Translations under genes and position numbers: made by a program
Shown here: piece after piece, positions 51,101 through 63,100 of the stretch
Layout: the number at the start of each line of letters is the position of its first letter
Position numbering within the stretch: position 1 is the first letter of the stretch
Assembly (NCBI GenBank): GCA_964016885.1
Contig: OZ024743.1
Location: 130,448,001-130,512,000 of the forward strand
DNA length: 64,000 bases
Direction of reading: 5' to 3'
Origin: Eledone cirrhosa
Taxonomy: Eukaryota
The notes under the pieces: model-generated
What the model saw: only the letters and a program-made list of their open reading frames with translations
What the model was told of the DNA's origin: nothing
Databases searched by the model: none

Positions 51101-54100
51101 TGGTGCTTGGTGCTTGGTGTTAAGTGTTTGGTGCTTGGTGCTTGGTGTTTGGTGCTTGGTGCTTGGTGCTTGGTGTTTGGTGCATGGTGCTTGGTGTTTG
51201 GGGCTTGGTGCCTGGTGCTTTGTGTTTGGTGCTAGGTGCTTGGTGCTTGGTCTTTGGTGTTTGGTGCTTGGTGCTTGGTGCTTGGTGTTTGGTGCTTGGT
51301 GCTTGGTGCTTGGTTATTAGTGTTTGGTGCTTGGTGCTTGGGGTTTGGTGTTTGGTGCTTGGTGCTTGGTGTTTGGTGTTTGCTGTATGGTGTTTGCTGT
51401 TTCGTGTTTGGTGTTTGCTGTTTGGTGTTTAATGCTTGGTGCTTGGTGCTTGGTGTTTGGTGCTTGGTGCTTGGTGCTTGGTGTTTGGCGTTTGCTCTTT
51501 GCTGTTTGGTGTTTGGTGCTTGTTGTTTGGTGTTTGGTGTTTGGTGTTTGGTGTTTGGTGCTTGCTATTTGGTGCTTGGTGCTTGGTGTTTGGTGTTTGG
51601 TGTTTGGTGCTTGGTGCTTGGTGGTTGGTGCTTGGTGCTGGGTGTTTGGTGCTAGGTGCTTGGTGTTTGGTGCTTGGTGCTTGGTGCTTGGTGCTTGGTC
51701 TTTGGTGCTTGGTGTTTGGTGTTTGGTGCTTGGTGCTTGGTGTTTGGTGCTTGGGGCTTGGTGTTTGGTGCTTGGTGATTGCTGCTTGGTGTTTGGTGTT
51801 TGGTGCTTGGTGCTTGGTGCTTGGTGATTAGTGTTTGGTGCTTGGTGCTTGGTGCCTTGTGCTTGGTGCTTGGTGCTTGTTGTTTGGTGCTTGGTGCTTG
51901 GTGATTAGTGTTTGGTGCTTGGTGCTTGGTGCCTGGTGCTTGGTGCTTGTTGTTTGGTGCTTGGTGCTTGGTGATTAGTGTTTGGTGCTTGGTGCTTGGG
52001 GCTTGGTGTTTGGTGCTTGGTGCTTGCTGTTTGGTGGTTGCTGTTTAGTGCTTGGTGTTTGGTGCTTGGTGCTTGGTGCTGGGTGGTTGGTGTTTGGTGC
52101 TTGGTGCTTGGTGTTTGGTGCTTGGTGCTTGGTGCTTGTTGTTTGGTGCTTGGTGCTTGGTCTTTGGTGCTTGGTGTTTGGTGTTTGGTGCTTGGTGCTT
52201 GGTGCTTGGTTTTTGGTGCTTGGTGCTTGGTGCTTGGTGTTTAGTGCTTGGTGCTTGGTGCTTGTTGTTTGGTGCTTGGTGCTTGGTCTTTGGTGCTTGG
52301 TGTTTGGTGTTTGGTGCTTGGTGCTTCGTGTTTGGTGCTTAGTGCCTGGTGCTTGGTGTTTGGTGCTTGGTGCTTGGTGTTTGCTGATTGGTGCTTGGTG
52401 CTTGGTGCTTGGTGCTTAGTGCTTGGTGTTTGGTGTTTGGTGCTTGGTGTTTGGTGTTTGGTGTTTGATGCTTGGTTTTTGCTGCTTGGTGCTTGGTGCT
52501 TGGTGCTTGGTGTTCTGTGTTTGGTGCTTGGTGCTTGGTGCCTGGTGCTTGGTGCTTGGTGCTTGTTGTTTGGTGCTTGGTGCTTGGTGATTAGTCTTTG
52601 GTGCTTGGTGCTTGGTGTTTGGTGTTTGGTGTTTCGTGCTTGGTGCTTGGTGTTTGGTGTTTGGTGCTTGGTGTTTGGTGCTTGGTGCTTTGAGCTTGGT
52701 GTTTGGTGCTGGGTGTATGGTGTTTGGTGCTTGGTGCTTGGTGCTTGGTGTTTGGTGTTTGGTGCTTGGTACTTGGTGTTTGGTGTTTGATGCTTGGTGT
52801 TTGATGCTTGTTGCTTGGTGCTTGGTGTTTTGTGTTTGGTGTTTGGTGCTTGGTGTATGTACTTGGTGCTTGGTGCTTGGTGTTTGGTGCTTGGTGTTTG
52901 GTGTTTGGTGCTTGGTGTTTGGTACTTGGTGCTTGGTGCTTGGTGTTTGGTGCTTGGTTCTTGGTGTTTGGTGCTTGGTGCTTGGTGCTTGGTGTTTGGT
53001 GCTTGGTACTTGGTGTTTGGTGCTTGGTGTTTGGTGTTTGGTGCTTGGTGTTTGGTACTTGGTGCTTGGTGCTTGGTGTTAAGTGTTTGGTGCTTGGTGC
53101 TTGGTGTTTGGTGCTTCGTGCTTGGTGCTTGGTGTTTGGTGCATGGTGCTTGGTGTTTGGGGCTTGGTGCCTGGTGCTTTCTGTTTGGTGCTAGGTGCTT
53201 GGTGCTTGGTCTTTGGTGTTTGGTGCTTGGTGCTTGGTGCTTGGTGTTTGGTGCTTGGTGCTTGGTGCTTGGTTATTAGTGTTTGGTGCTTGGTGCTTGG
53301 GGTTTGTTGTTTGGTGCTTGGTGCTTGGTGTTTGGTGTTTGCTGTATGGTGTTTGCTGTTTCGTGTTTGGTGTTTGGTGTTTGGTGTTTGGTGCTTGGTG
53401 CTTGGTGTTTGGTGCTTGGTGCTTGGTGCTGGGTGTTTGGTGCTTGGTGCTTGGTGTTTGGTGCTTGGTGCTTAATGCTTGGTGCTTGGTGTTTGGTCCT
53501 TGGTGCTTGGTGCTTGGTCTTTGGTGCTTGGGGTTTGGTGTTTGGTGCTTGGTGCTTGGTGTTTGGTGCTTGGTGCTTGGTGCTTGGTGTTTGGTGTTTG
53601 GTGCTTGCTGCTTGGTGCTTGGTGTTTGGTGCTTGGTGCTTGCTGTTTGGTGTTTGGTGTTTGGTGCTTGGTGCTTGGTGTTTGGTGTTTGGTGTTTGGT
53701 GTTTGGTGTTTGGTGCTTGGTGCTTGGTGTTTGGTGCTTGGTGTTTGGTGCTTGGTGTATGTACTTGGTGCTTGGTGCTTGGTGTTTGGTGCTTGGTTCT
53801 TGGTGTTTGGTGCTTGGTGCTTTGTACTTGGTGTTTGGTGCTTGGTGCTTGGTCTTTGGTGCTTGGTGTTTGGTGTTTGGTGCTTGGTGCTTGGTGTTTG
53901 GTGCTTGGTGCCTGGTGCTTGGTGTTTGGTGCTTGGTGCTTGGTGTTTGGTGATTGGTGCTTGGTGCTTGGTGCTTAGTGCTTGGTGTTTGGTGTTTGGT
54001 GCTTGGTGTTTGGTGTTTGATGCTTGGTGCTTGGTGCTTGGTGCTTGGTGCATGGTGTTCTGTGTTTGGTGCTTGGTGCTTGGTGCTTGTTGTTTGGTGC

Positions 54101-57100
54101 TTGGTGCTTGGTGATTAGTCTTTGGTGCTTGGTGCTTGGTATTTGGTGTTTCGTGTTTCGTGCTTGGTGTCTAGTGTTTGGGTTTTGGTGTTTGGTGCTT
54201 GGTGCTTAGTGTTTGTTGTTTGGTGCTTGGTGCTTGGTGTTTGGTGTTTGGTGCTTGGTGTTTGGTGCTTGGTGCTTTGTGCTTAGTGTTTGGTGCTGGG
54301 TGTATGGTGTTTGGTGCTTGGTGCTTGGTGTTTGTTGTTTGGTGCTTGGTACTTGGTGTTTGGTGTTTGATGCTTGGTGTTTGATGCTTGTTGCTTGGTG
54401 CTTGGTGTTTTGTGTTTGGTGTTTGGTGCTTGGTGTATGTACTTGGTGCTTGGTGCTTGGTGTTTGGTGCTTGGTTCTTGGTGTTTGGTGCTTGGTGCTT
54501 GGTGCTTGGTGTTTGGTGCTTGGTGCTTGGTGTTTGGTGCTTGGTGTTTGGTGTTTGGTGCTTGGTGTTTGGTACTTGGTGCTTGGTGCTTGGTGTTAAG
54601 TGTTTGGTGCTTGGTGCTTGGTGTTTTGTGCTTCGTGCTTGGTGCTTGGTGTTTGGTGCATGGTGCTTGGTGTTTGGGGCTTGGTGCCTGGTGCTTTGTG
54701 TTTGGTGCTAGGTGCTTGGTGCTTGGTCTTTGGTGTTTGGTGCTTAGTACTTGGTGCTTGGTGTTTGGTGCTTGGTGCTTGGTGCTTGGTTATTAGTGTT
54801 TGGTGTTTGGTGCTTGGCGCTTGGTGTTTGGTGCTTGGTGCTTGGTGCTTGGTGTTTGGTGTTTGGTGCTTGCTGCTTGGTGCTTGGTGTTTGGTGCTTG
54901 GTGCTTGGTGCTTGGTGTTTGGTGCTTGGTGTTCGGTGCTTGGTGCTTGGTGCTTGGTGCTTGGTGTTAGGTGTTTGGTGCTTGGTGCTTGGTGTTTGAT
55001 GTTTGGTCCTTGGTGCTTGGTGTTTGGTGCTTGGTGCTTGGTGTTTGGTGTTTGGTGCTTGCTGCTTGGTGCTTGGTGCTTGGTGCTTGGTGTTTGGTGC
55101 TTGGTGCTTGGTGCTTGTTGTTTGGTGCTTGGTGCTTGGTCTTTGGTGCTTGGTGTTTGGTGTTTGGGGCTTGGTGCTTGGTGTTTGGTGCTTGGTGCCT
55201 GGTGCTTGGTGTTTGGTGCTTGGTGCTTGGTGTTTGGTGATTGGTGCTTGGTGCTTGGTGCTTAGTGCTTGGTGTTTGGTGTTTGGTGCTTGGTGTTTGG
55301 TGTTTGATGCTTGGTGCTTGGTGCTTGGTGCTTGGTGCTTGGTGTTCTGTGTTTGGTGCTTGGTGCTTGGTGCTTGTTGTTTGGTGCTTGGTGCTTGGTG
55401 ATTAGTCTTTGGTGCTTGGTGCATGGTATTTGGTGTTTGGTGTTTCGTGATTGGTGTCTAGTGTTTGGGTTTTGGTGTTTGGTGCTTGGTGCTTAGTGTT
55501 TGGTGTTTGGTGCTTGGTGCTTGGTGTTTGGTGTTTGGTGTTTGGTGCTTGGTGCTTGGTGCTTTGTGCTTAGTTTTTGGTGCTGGGTGTATGGTGTTTG
55601 GTGCTTGGTGCTTGGTGCTTGGTGTTTGTTGTTTGGTGCTTGGTACTTGGTGTTTGGTGTTTGATGCTTGGTGTTTGATGCTTGTTGCTTGGTGCTTGGT
55701 GTTTTGTGTTTGGTGTTTGGTGCTTGGTGTATGTACTTGGTGCTTGGTGTTTGGTGCTTGGTTCTTGGTGTTTGGTGCTTGGTGCTTGGTGCTTGGTGTT
55801 TGGTGCTTGGTGCTTGGTGTTTGGTGCTTGGTGTTTGGTGTTTGGTGCTTGGTGTTTGGGACTTGGTGCTTGGTGCTTGGTGTTAAGTGCTTGGTGCTTG
55901 GTGTTTGGTGCTTGGTGCTTGGTGCTTGGTGTTTGGTGCATGGTGCTTGGTGTTTGGGGCTTGGTGCCTGGTGCTTTCTCTTTGGTGCTAGGTGCTTGGT
56001 GCTTGGTCTTTGGTGTTTGGTGCTTGGTGCTTGGTGCTTGGTGTTTGGTGCTTGGTGCTTGGTGCTTGGTTATTAGTGTTTGGTGTTTGGTGCTTGGCGC
56101 TTGGTGTTTGGTGCTTGGTGCTTGGTGCTTGGTGTTTGGTTTTTGGTGCTTGCTGCTTGGTGCTTGGTGTTTGGTGCTTGGTGCTTGGTGCTTGGTGTTT
56201 GGTGCTTGGTGCTTGCTGTTTGGTGTTTGGTCTTTGGTGCTTGGTGCTTGGTGTTTGGTGTTTGGTGTTTGGTGTTTGGTGTTTGGTGCTTGGTGCTTGG
56301 TGTTTGGTGCTTGGTGTTTGGTGCTTGGTGTATGTACTTGGTGCTTGGTGCTTGGTGTTTGGTGCTTGGTTCTTGGTGTTTGGTGCTTGGTGCTTGGTGC
56401 TTGGTGTTTGGTGCTTGGTGCTTGGTGTTTGGTACTTGGTGCTTGGTGTTTGGTGTTTGGTGTTTGGTGCTTGGTGCTTGGTGCTTGGTGTTAAGTGTTT
56501 GGTGCTTGGTGCTTCGTGTTTGGTGCTTCGTGCTTGGTGCTTGGTGTTTGGTGCATGGTGCTTGATGTTTGGGGCTTGGTGCCTGGTGCTTGGTGTTTGG
56601 TGCTTGGTGCTTGGTGCTTGGTGTTTGGTGTTTGGTGCTTGGTGCTTGGTGTTTGGTGCTTGGTGTTTGGTGCTTGGTGTTCGGTGCTTGGTGCTTGGTG
56701 CTTGGTACTTGGTGTTAGGTTTTTGGTGCTTGGGGCTTGGTGTTTGGTGTTTGGTGCTTGGTGCTTGGTGTTTGGTGTTTGGTGCTTGGTGTTTGGTGTT
56801 TGGTGCTTTGTGCTTGGTGTTTGGTGCTGGGTGTATGGTGTTTGGTGCTTGGTGCTTGGTGCTTGGTGTTTGGTGTTTGGTGCTTGGTACTTGGTGTTTG
56901 GTGTTTGATGCTTGGTGTTTGATGCTTGTTGCTTGGTGCTTGGTGTTTTGTGTTTGGTGTTTGGTGCTTGGTGTATGTACTTGGTGCTTGGTGATATGTG
57001 TTTGGTGCTTGGTTCTTGGTTTTTGGTGCTTGGTGCTTGGTGCTTGGTGTTTGGTGCTTGGTGCTTGGTGTTTGGTGCTTGGTGTTTGGTGTTTGGTGCT

Positions 57101-60100
57101 TGGTGTTTGGTACTTGGTGCTTGGTGCTTGGTGTTAAGTGTTTGGTGCTTGGTGCTTGGTGTTTGGTGCTTGGTGCTTGGTGCTTGGTGTTTGGTGCATG
57201 GTGCTTGGTGTTTGGGGCTTGGTGCCTGGTGCTTTGTGTTTGGTGCTAGGTGCTTGGTGCTTGGTCTTTGGTGTTTGGTGCTTGGTGCTTGGTGCTTGGT
57301 GTTTGGTGCTTGGTGCTTGGTGCTTGGTTATTAGTGTTTGGTGCTTGGTGCTTGGGGTTTGGTGTTTGGTGCTTGGTGCTTGGTGTTTGGTGTTTGCTGT
57401 ATGGTGTTTGCTGTTTCGTGTTTGGTGTTTGCTGTTTGGTGTTTAATGCTTGGTGCTTGGTGCTTGGTGTTTGGTGCTTGGTGCTTGGTGCTTGGTGTTT
57501 GGCGTTTGCTCTTTGCTGTTTGGTGTTTGGTGCTTGCTGTTTGGTGTTTGGTGTTTGGTGTTTGGTGTTTGGTGCTTGCTGTTTGGTGCTTGGTGCTTGG
57601 TGTTTGGTGTTTGGTGTTTGGTGCTTGGTGCTTGGTGGTTGGTGCTTGGTGCTGGGTGTTTGGTGCTAGGTGCTTGGTGTTTGGTGCTTGGTGCTTGGTG
57701 CTTGGTGCTTGGTCTTTGGTGCTTGGTGTTTGGTGTTTGGTGCTTGGTGCTTGGTGTTTGGTGCTTGGGGCTTGGTGTTTGGTGTTTGGTGCTTGGTGCT
57801 TGGTGCTTGGTGATTGCTGCTTGGTGTTTGGTGTTTGGTGCTTGGTGCTTGGTGCTTGGTGATTAGTGTTTGGTGCTTGGTGCTTGGTGCCTTGTGCTTG
57901 GTGCTTGGTGCTTGTTGTTTGGTGCTTGGTGCTTGGTGATTAGTGTTTGGTGCTTGGTGCTTGGTGCCTGGTGCTTGGTGCTTGTTGTTTGGTGCTTGGT
58001 GCTTGGTGATTAGTGTTTGGTGCTTGGTGCTTGGGGCTTGGTGTTTGGTGCTTGGTGCTTGCTGTTTGGTGGTTGCTGTTTAGTGCTTGGTGTTTGGTGC
58101 TTGGTGCTTGGTGCTGGGTGGTTGGTGTTTGGTGCTTGGTGCTTGGTGTTTGGTGCTTGGTGCTTGGTGCTTGTTGTTTGGTGCTCGGTGCTTGGTCTTT
58201 GGTGCTTGGTGTTTGGTGTTTGGTGCTTGGTGCTTGGTGCTTGGTTTTTGGTGCTTGGTGCTTGGTGCTTGGTGTTTGGTGCTTGGTGCTTGGTGCTTGT
58301 TCTTTGGTGCTTGGTGCTTGGTCTTTGGTGCTTGGTGTTTGGTGTTTGGTGCTTGGTGCTTCGTGTTTGGTGCTTAGTGCCTGGTGCTTGGTGTTTGGTG
58401 CTTGGTGCTTGGTGTTTGCTGATTGGTGCTTGGTGCTTGGTGCTTGGTGCTTAGTGCTTGGTGTTTGGTGTTTGGTGCTTGGTGTTTGGTGTTTGGTGTT
58501 TGATGCTTGGTTTTTGCTGCTTGGTGCTTGGTGCTTGGTGCTTGGTGTTCTGTGTTTGGTGCTTGGTGCTTGGTGCCTGGTGCTTGGTGCTTGGTGCTTG
58601 TTGTTTGGTGCTTGGTGCTTGGTGATTAGTCTTTGGTGCTTGGTGCTTGGTGTTTGGTGTTTGGTGTTTCTTGCTTGGTGCTTGGTGTTTGGTGTTTGGT
58701 GCTTGGTGTTTGGTGCTTGGTGCTTTGAGCTTGGTGTTTGGTGCTGGGTGTATGGTGTTTGGTGCTTGGTGCTTGGTGCTTGGTGTTTGGTGTTTGGTGC
58801 TTGGTACTTGGTGTTTGGTGTTTGATGCTTGGTGTTTGATGCTTGTTGCTTGGTGCTTGGTGTTTTGTGTTTGGTGTTTGGTGCTTGGTGTATGTACTTG
58901 GTGCTTGGTGCTTGGTGTTTGGTGCTTGGTGTTTGGTGTTTGGTGCTTGGTGTTTGGTACTTGGTGCTTGGTGCTTGGTGTTTGGTGCTTGGTTCTTGGT
59001 GTTTGGTGCTTGGTGCTTGGTGCTTGGTGTTTGGTGCTTGGTACTTGGTGTTTGGTGCTTGGTGTTTGGTGTTTGGTGCTTGGTGTTTGGTACTTGGTGC
59101 TTGGTGCTTGGTGTTAAGTGTTTGGTGCTTGGTGCTTGGTGTTTGGTGCTTCGTGCTTGGTGCTTGGTGTTTGGTGCATGGTGCTTGGTGTTTGGGGCTT
59201 GGTGCCTGGTGCTTTCTGTTTGGTGCTAGGTGCTTGGTGCTTGGTCTTTGGTGTTTGGTGCTTGGTGCTTGGTGCTTGGTGTTTGGTGCTTGGTGCTTGG
59301 TGCTTGGTTATTAGTGTTTGGTGCTTGGTGCTTGGGGTTTGGTGTTTGGTGCTTGGTGCTTGGTGTTTGGTGTTTGCTGTATGGTGTTTGCTGTTTCGTG
59401 TTTGGTGTTTGGTGTTTGGTGTTTAATGCTTGGTGCTTGGTGTTTGGTGTTTGATGTTTGGTGCTTGGTGCTTGGTGTTTGGTGCTTGGTGCTTGGTGCT
59501 GGGTGTTTGGTGCTTGGTGCTTGGTGTTTGGTGCTTGGTGCTTGATGCTTGGTGCTTGGTGTTTGGTCCTTGGTGCTTGGTGCTTGGTCTTTGGTGCTTG
59601 GGGTTTGGTGTTTGGTGCTTGGTGCTTGGTGTTTGGTGCTTGGTGCTTGGTGCTTGGTGTTTGGTGTTTGGTGCTTGCTGCTTGGTGCTTGGTGTTTGGT
59701 GCTTGGTGCTTGGTGATTAGTGTTTGGTGCATGGTGCTTGGTGTTTGTTGTTTGGTGCTTGGTGCTTGGTGTTTGGTGCTTGGTGCTTGCTGTTTGGTGT
59801 TTGGTGTTTGGTGCTTGGTGCTTGGTGTTTGGTGTTTGGTGTTTGGTGTTTGGTGTTTGGTGCTTGGTGCTTGGTGTTTGGTGCTTGGTGTTTGGTGCTT
59901 GGTGAATGTACTTGGTGCTTGGTGCTTGGTGTTTGGTGCTTGGTTCTTGGTGTTTGGTGCTTGGTGCTTTGTACTTGGTGTTTGGTGCTTGGTGCTTGGT
60001 CTTTGGTGCTTGGTGTTTGGTGTTTGGTGCTTGGTGTTTGGTGCTTGGTGCCTGGTGCTTGGTGTTTGGTGCTTGGTGCTTGGTGTTTGGTGATTGGTGC

Positions 60101-63100
60101 TTGGTGCTTGGTGCTTAGTGCTTGGTGTTTGGTGTTTGGTGCTTGGTGTTTGGTGTTTGATGCTTGGTGCTTGGTGCTTGGTGCCTGGTGCATGGTGTTC
60201 TGTGTTTGGTGCTTGGTGCTTGTTGTTTGGTGCTTGGTGCTTGGTGATTAGTCTTTGGTGCTTGGTGCTTGGTATTTGGTGTTTGGTGTTTCGTGCTTGG
60301 TGTCTAGTGTTTGGGTTTTGGTGTTTGGTGCTTGGTGCTTAGTGTTTGGTGTTTGGTGCTTGGTGCTTGGTGTTTGGTGTTTGGTGCTTGGTGTTTGGTG
60401 CTTGGTGCTTTGTGCTTAGTGTTTGGTGCTGGGTGTATGGTGTTTGGTGCTTGGTGCTTGGTGCTTGGTGTTTGTTGTTTGGTGCTTGTTACTTGGTGTT
60501 TGGTGTTTGATGCTTGGTGTTTGATGCTTGTTGCTTGGTGCTTGGTATTTTGTGTTTGGTGTTTGGTGCTTGGTGTATGTACTTGGTGCTTGGTGCTTGG
60601 TGTTTGGTGCTTGGTTCTTGGTGTTTGGTGCTTGGTGCTTGGTGCTTGGTGTTTGGTGCTTGGTGCTTGGTGTTTGGTGCTTGGTGTTTGGTGTTTGGTG
60701 CTTGGTGTTTGGTACTTGGTGCTTGGTGCTTGGTGTTAAGTGTTTGGTGCTTGGTGCTTGGTGTTTGGTGCTTCGTGCTTGGTGCTTGGTGTTTGGTGCA
60801 TGGTGCTTGGTGTTTGGGGCTTGGTGCCTGGTGCTTTGTGTTTGGTGCTAGGTGCTTGGTGCTTGGTGTTTGGTGTTTGGTGCTTAGTACTTGGTGCTTG
60901 GTGTTTGGTGCTTGGTGCTTGGTGCTTGGTTATTAGTGTTTGGTGTTTGGTGCTTGGCGCTTGGTGTTTGGTGCTTGGTGCTTGGTGCTTGGTGTTTGGT
61001 GTTTGGTGCTTGCTGCTTGGTGCTTGGTGTTTGGTGCTTGGTGCTTGGTGCTTGGTGTTTGGTGCTTGGTGCTTGCTGTTTGGTGTTTGGTGTTTGGTGC
61101 TTGGTGCTTGGTGTTTGGTGTTTGGTGTTTGGTGTTTGGTGTTTGGTGCTTGGTGCTTGGTGTTTGGTGCTTGGTGTTTGGTGCTTGGTGTATGTACTTG
61201 GTGCTTGGTGCTTGGTGTTTGGTGCTTGGTTCTTGGTGTTTGGTGCTTGGTGCTTGGTGCTTGGTGTTTGGTGCTTGGTGCTTGGTGTTTGGTACTTGGT
61301 GCTTGGTGTTTGGTGTTTGGTGCTTGGTGTTTGGTGCTTGGTGCTTGGTGCTTGGTGTTAAGTGTTTGATGCTTGGTGCTTCGTGTTTGGTGCTTCGTGC
61401 TTGGTGCTTGGTGTTTGGTTCATGGTGCTTGATGTTTGGGGCTTGGTGCCTGGTGCTTGGTGTTTGGTGCTTGGTCTTTGGTGGTTGGTGTTTGGTGCTT
61501 GGTGCTTGGTGTTTGGTGCTTGGTGTTCGGTGCTTGGTGCTTGGTGCTTGGTACTTGGTGTTAGGTTTCTGGTGCTTGGGGCTTGGTGTTTGGTGTTTGG
61601 TGCTTGGTGCTTGGTGTTTGGTGTTTGGTGCTTGGTGTTTGGTGTTTGGTGCTTTGTGCTTGGTGTTTGGTGCTGGGTGTATGGTGTTTGGTGCTTGGTG
61701 CTTGGTGCTTGGTGTTTGGTGTTTGGTGCTTGGTACTTGGTGTTTGGTGTTTGATGCTTGGTGTTTGATGCTTGTTGCTTGGTGCTTGGTGTTTTGTGTT
61801 TGGTGTTTGGTGCTTGGTGTATGTACTTGGTGCTTGGTGCTTGGTGTTTGGTGCTTGGTTCTTGGTGTTTGGTGCTTGGTGCTTGGTGCTTGGTGTTTGG
61901 TGCTTGGTGCTTGGTGTTTGGTGCTTGGTGTTTGGTGTTTGGTGCTTGGTGTTTGGTACTTGGTGCTTGGTGCTTGGTGTTAAGTGTTTGGTGCTTAGTG
62001 CTTGGTGTTTGGTGCTTCGTGCTTGGTGCTTGGTGTTTGGTGCATGGTGCTTGGTGTTTGGGGCTTGGTGCCTGGGGCTTTGTGTTTGGTGCTAGGTGCT
62101 TGGTGCTTGGTCTTTGGTGTTTGGTGCTTGGTGCTTGTTGCTTGGTGTTTGGTGCTTGGTGCTTGGTGCTTGGTTATTAGTGTTTGGTGCTTGGTGCTTG
62201 GGGTTTGGTGTTTGGTGCTTGGTGCTTGGTGTTTGGTGTTTGCTGTATGGTGTTTGCTGTTTCGTGGTTGGTGTTTGCTGTTTGGTGTTTAATGCTTGGT
62301 GCTTGGTGCTTGGTGTTTGGTGCTTGGTGCTTGGTGCTTGGTGTTTGGCGTTTGCTCTTTGCTGTTTGGTGTTTGGTGCTTGCTGTTTGGTGTTTGGTGT
62401 TTGGTGTTTGGTGTTTGGTGCTTGCTGTTTGGTGCTTGGTGCTTGGTGTTTGGTGTTTGGTGTTTGGTGCTTGGTGCTTGGTGTTTGGTGGTTGGTGCTT
62501 GGTGCTGGGTGTTTGGTGCTAGGTGCTTGGTGTTTGGTGCTTGGTGCTTGGTGCTTGGTGCTTGGTGTTTGGTGCTTGGGGCTTGGTGTTTGGTGCTTGG
62601 TGATTGCTGCTTGGTGTTTGGTGTTTGGTGCTTGGTGCTTGGTGCTTGGTGATTAGTGTTTGGTGCTTGGTGCTTGGTGCCTTGTGCTTGGTGCTTGGTG
62701 CTTGTTGTTTGGTGCTTGGTGCTTGGTGTTTGGTGTTTGGTGTTTGGTGCTTGGTGCTTGGTGGTTGGTGCTTGGTGCTGGGTGTTTGGTGCTAGGTGCT
62801 TGGTGTTTGGTGCTTGGTGCTTGGTGCTTGGTGCTTGGTCTTTGGTGCTTGGTGTTTGGTGTTTGGTGCTTGGTGCTTGGTGTTTGGTGCTTGGGGCTTG
62901 GTGTTTGGTGCTTGGTGATTGCTGCTTGGTGTTTGGTGTTTGGTGCTTGGTGCTTGGTGCTTGGTGATTAGTGTTTGGTGCTTGGTGCTTGGTGCCTTGT
63001 GCTTGGTGCTTGGTGCTTGTTGTTTGGTGCTTGGTGCTTGGTGATTAGTGTTTGGTGCTTGGTGCTTGGTGCCTGGTGCTTGGTGCTTGTTGTTTGGTGC

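Noticed and set aside
763-60193. Long - strand ORFs of STKHQAP/NTKHQTP repeats resembling mucin-like or heptad-repeat proteins
   Set aside because: They are the direct translation of the satellite's reverse complement. Starts and stops are created by sporadic monomer variants, and there is no codon-position pattern, signal peptide or non-repeat domain.
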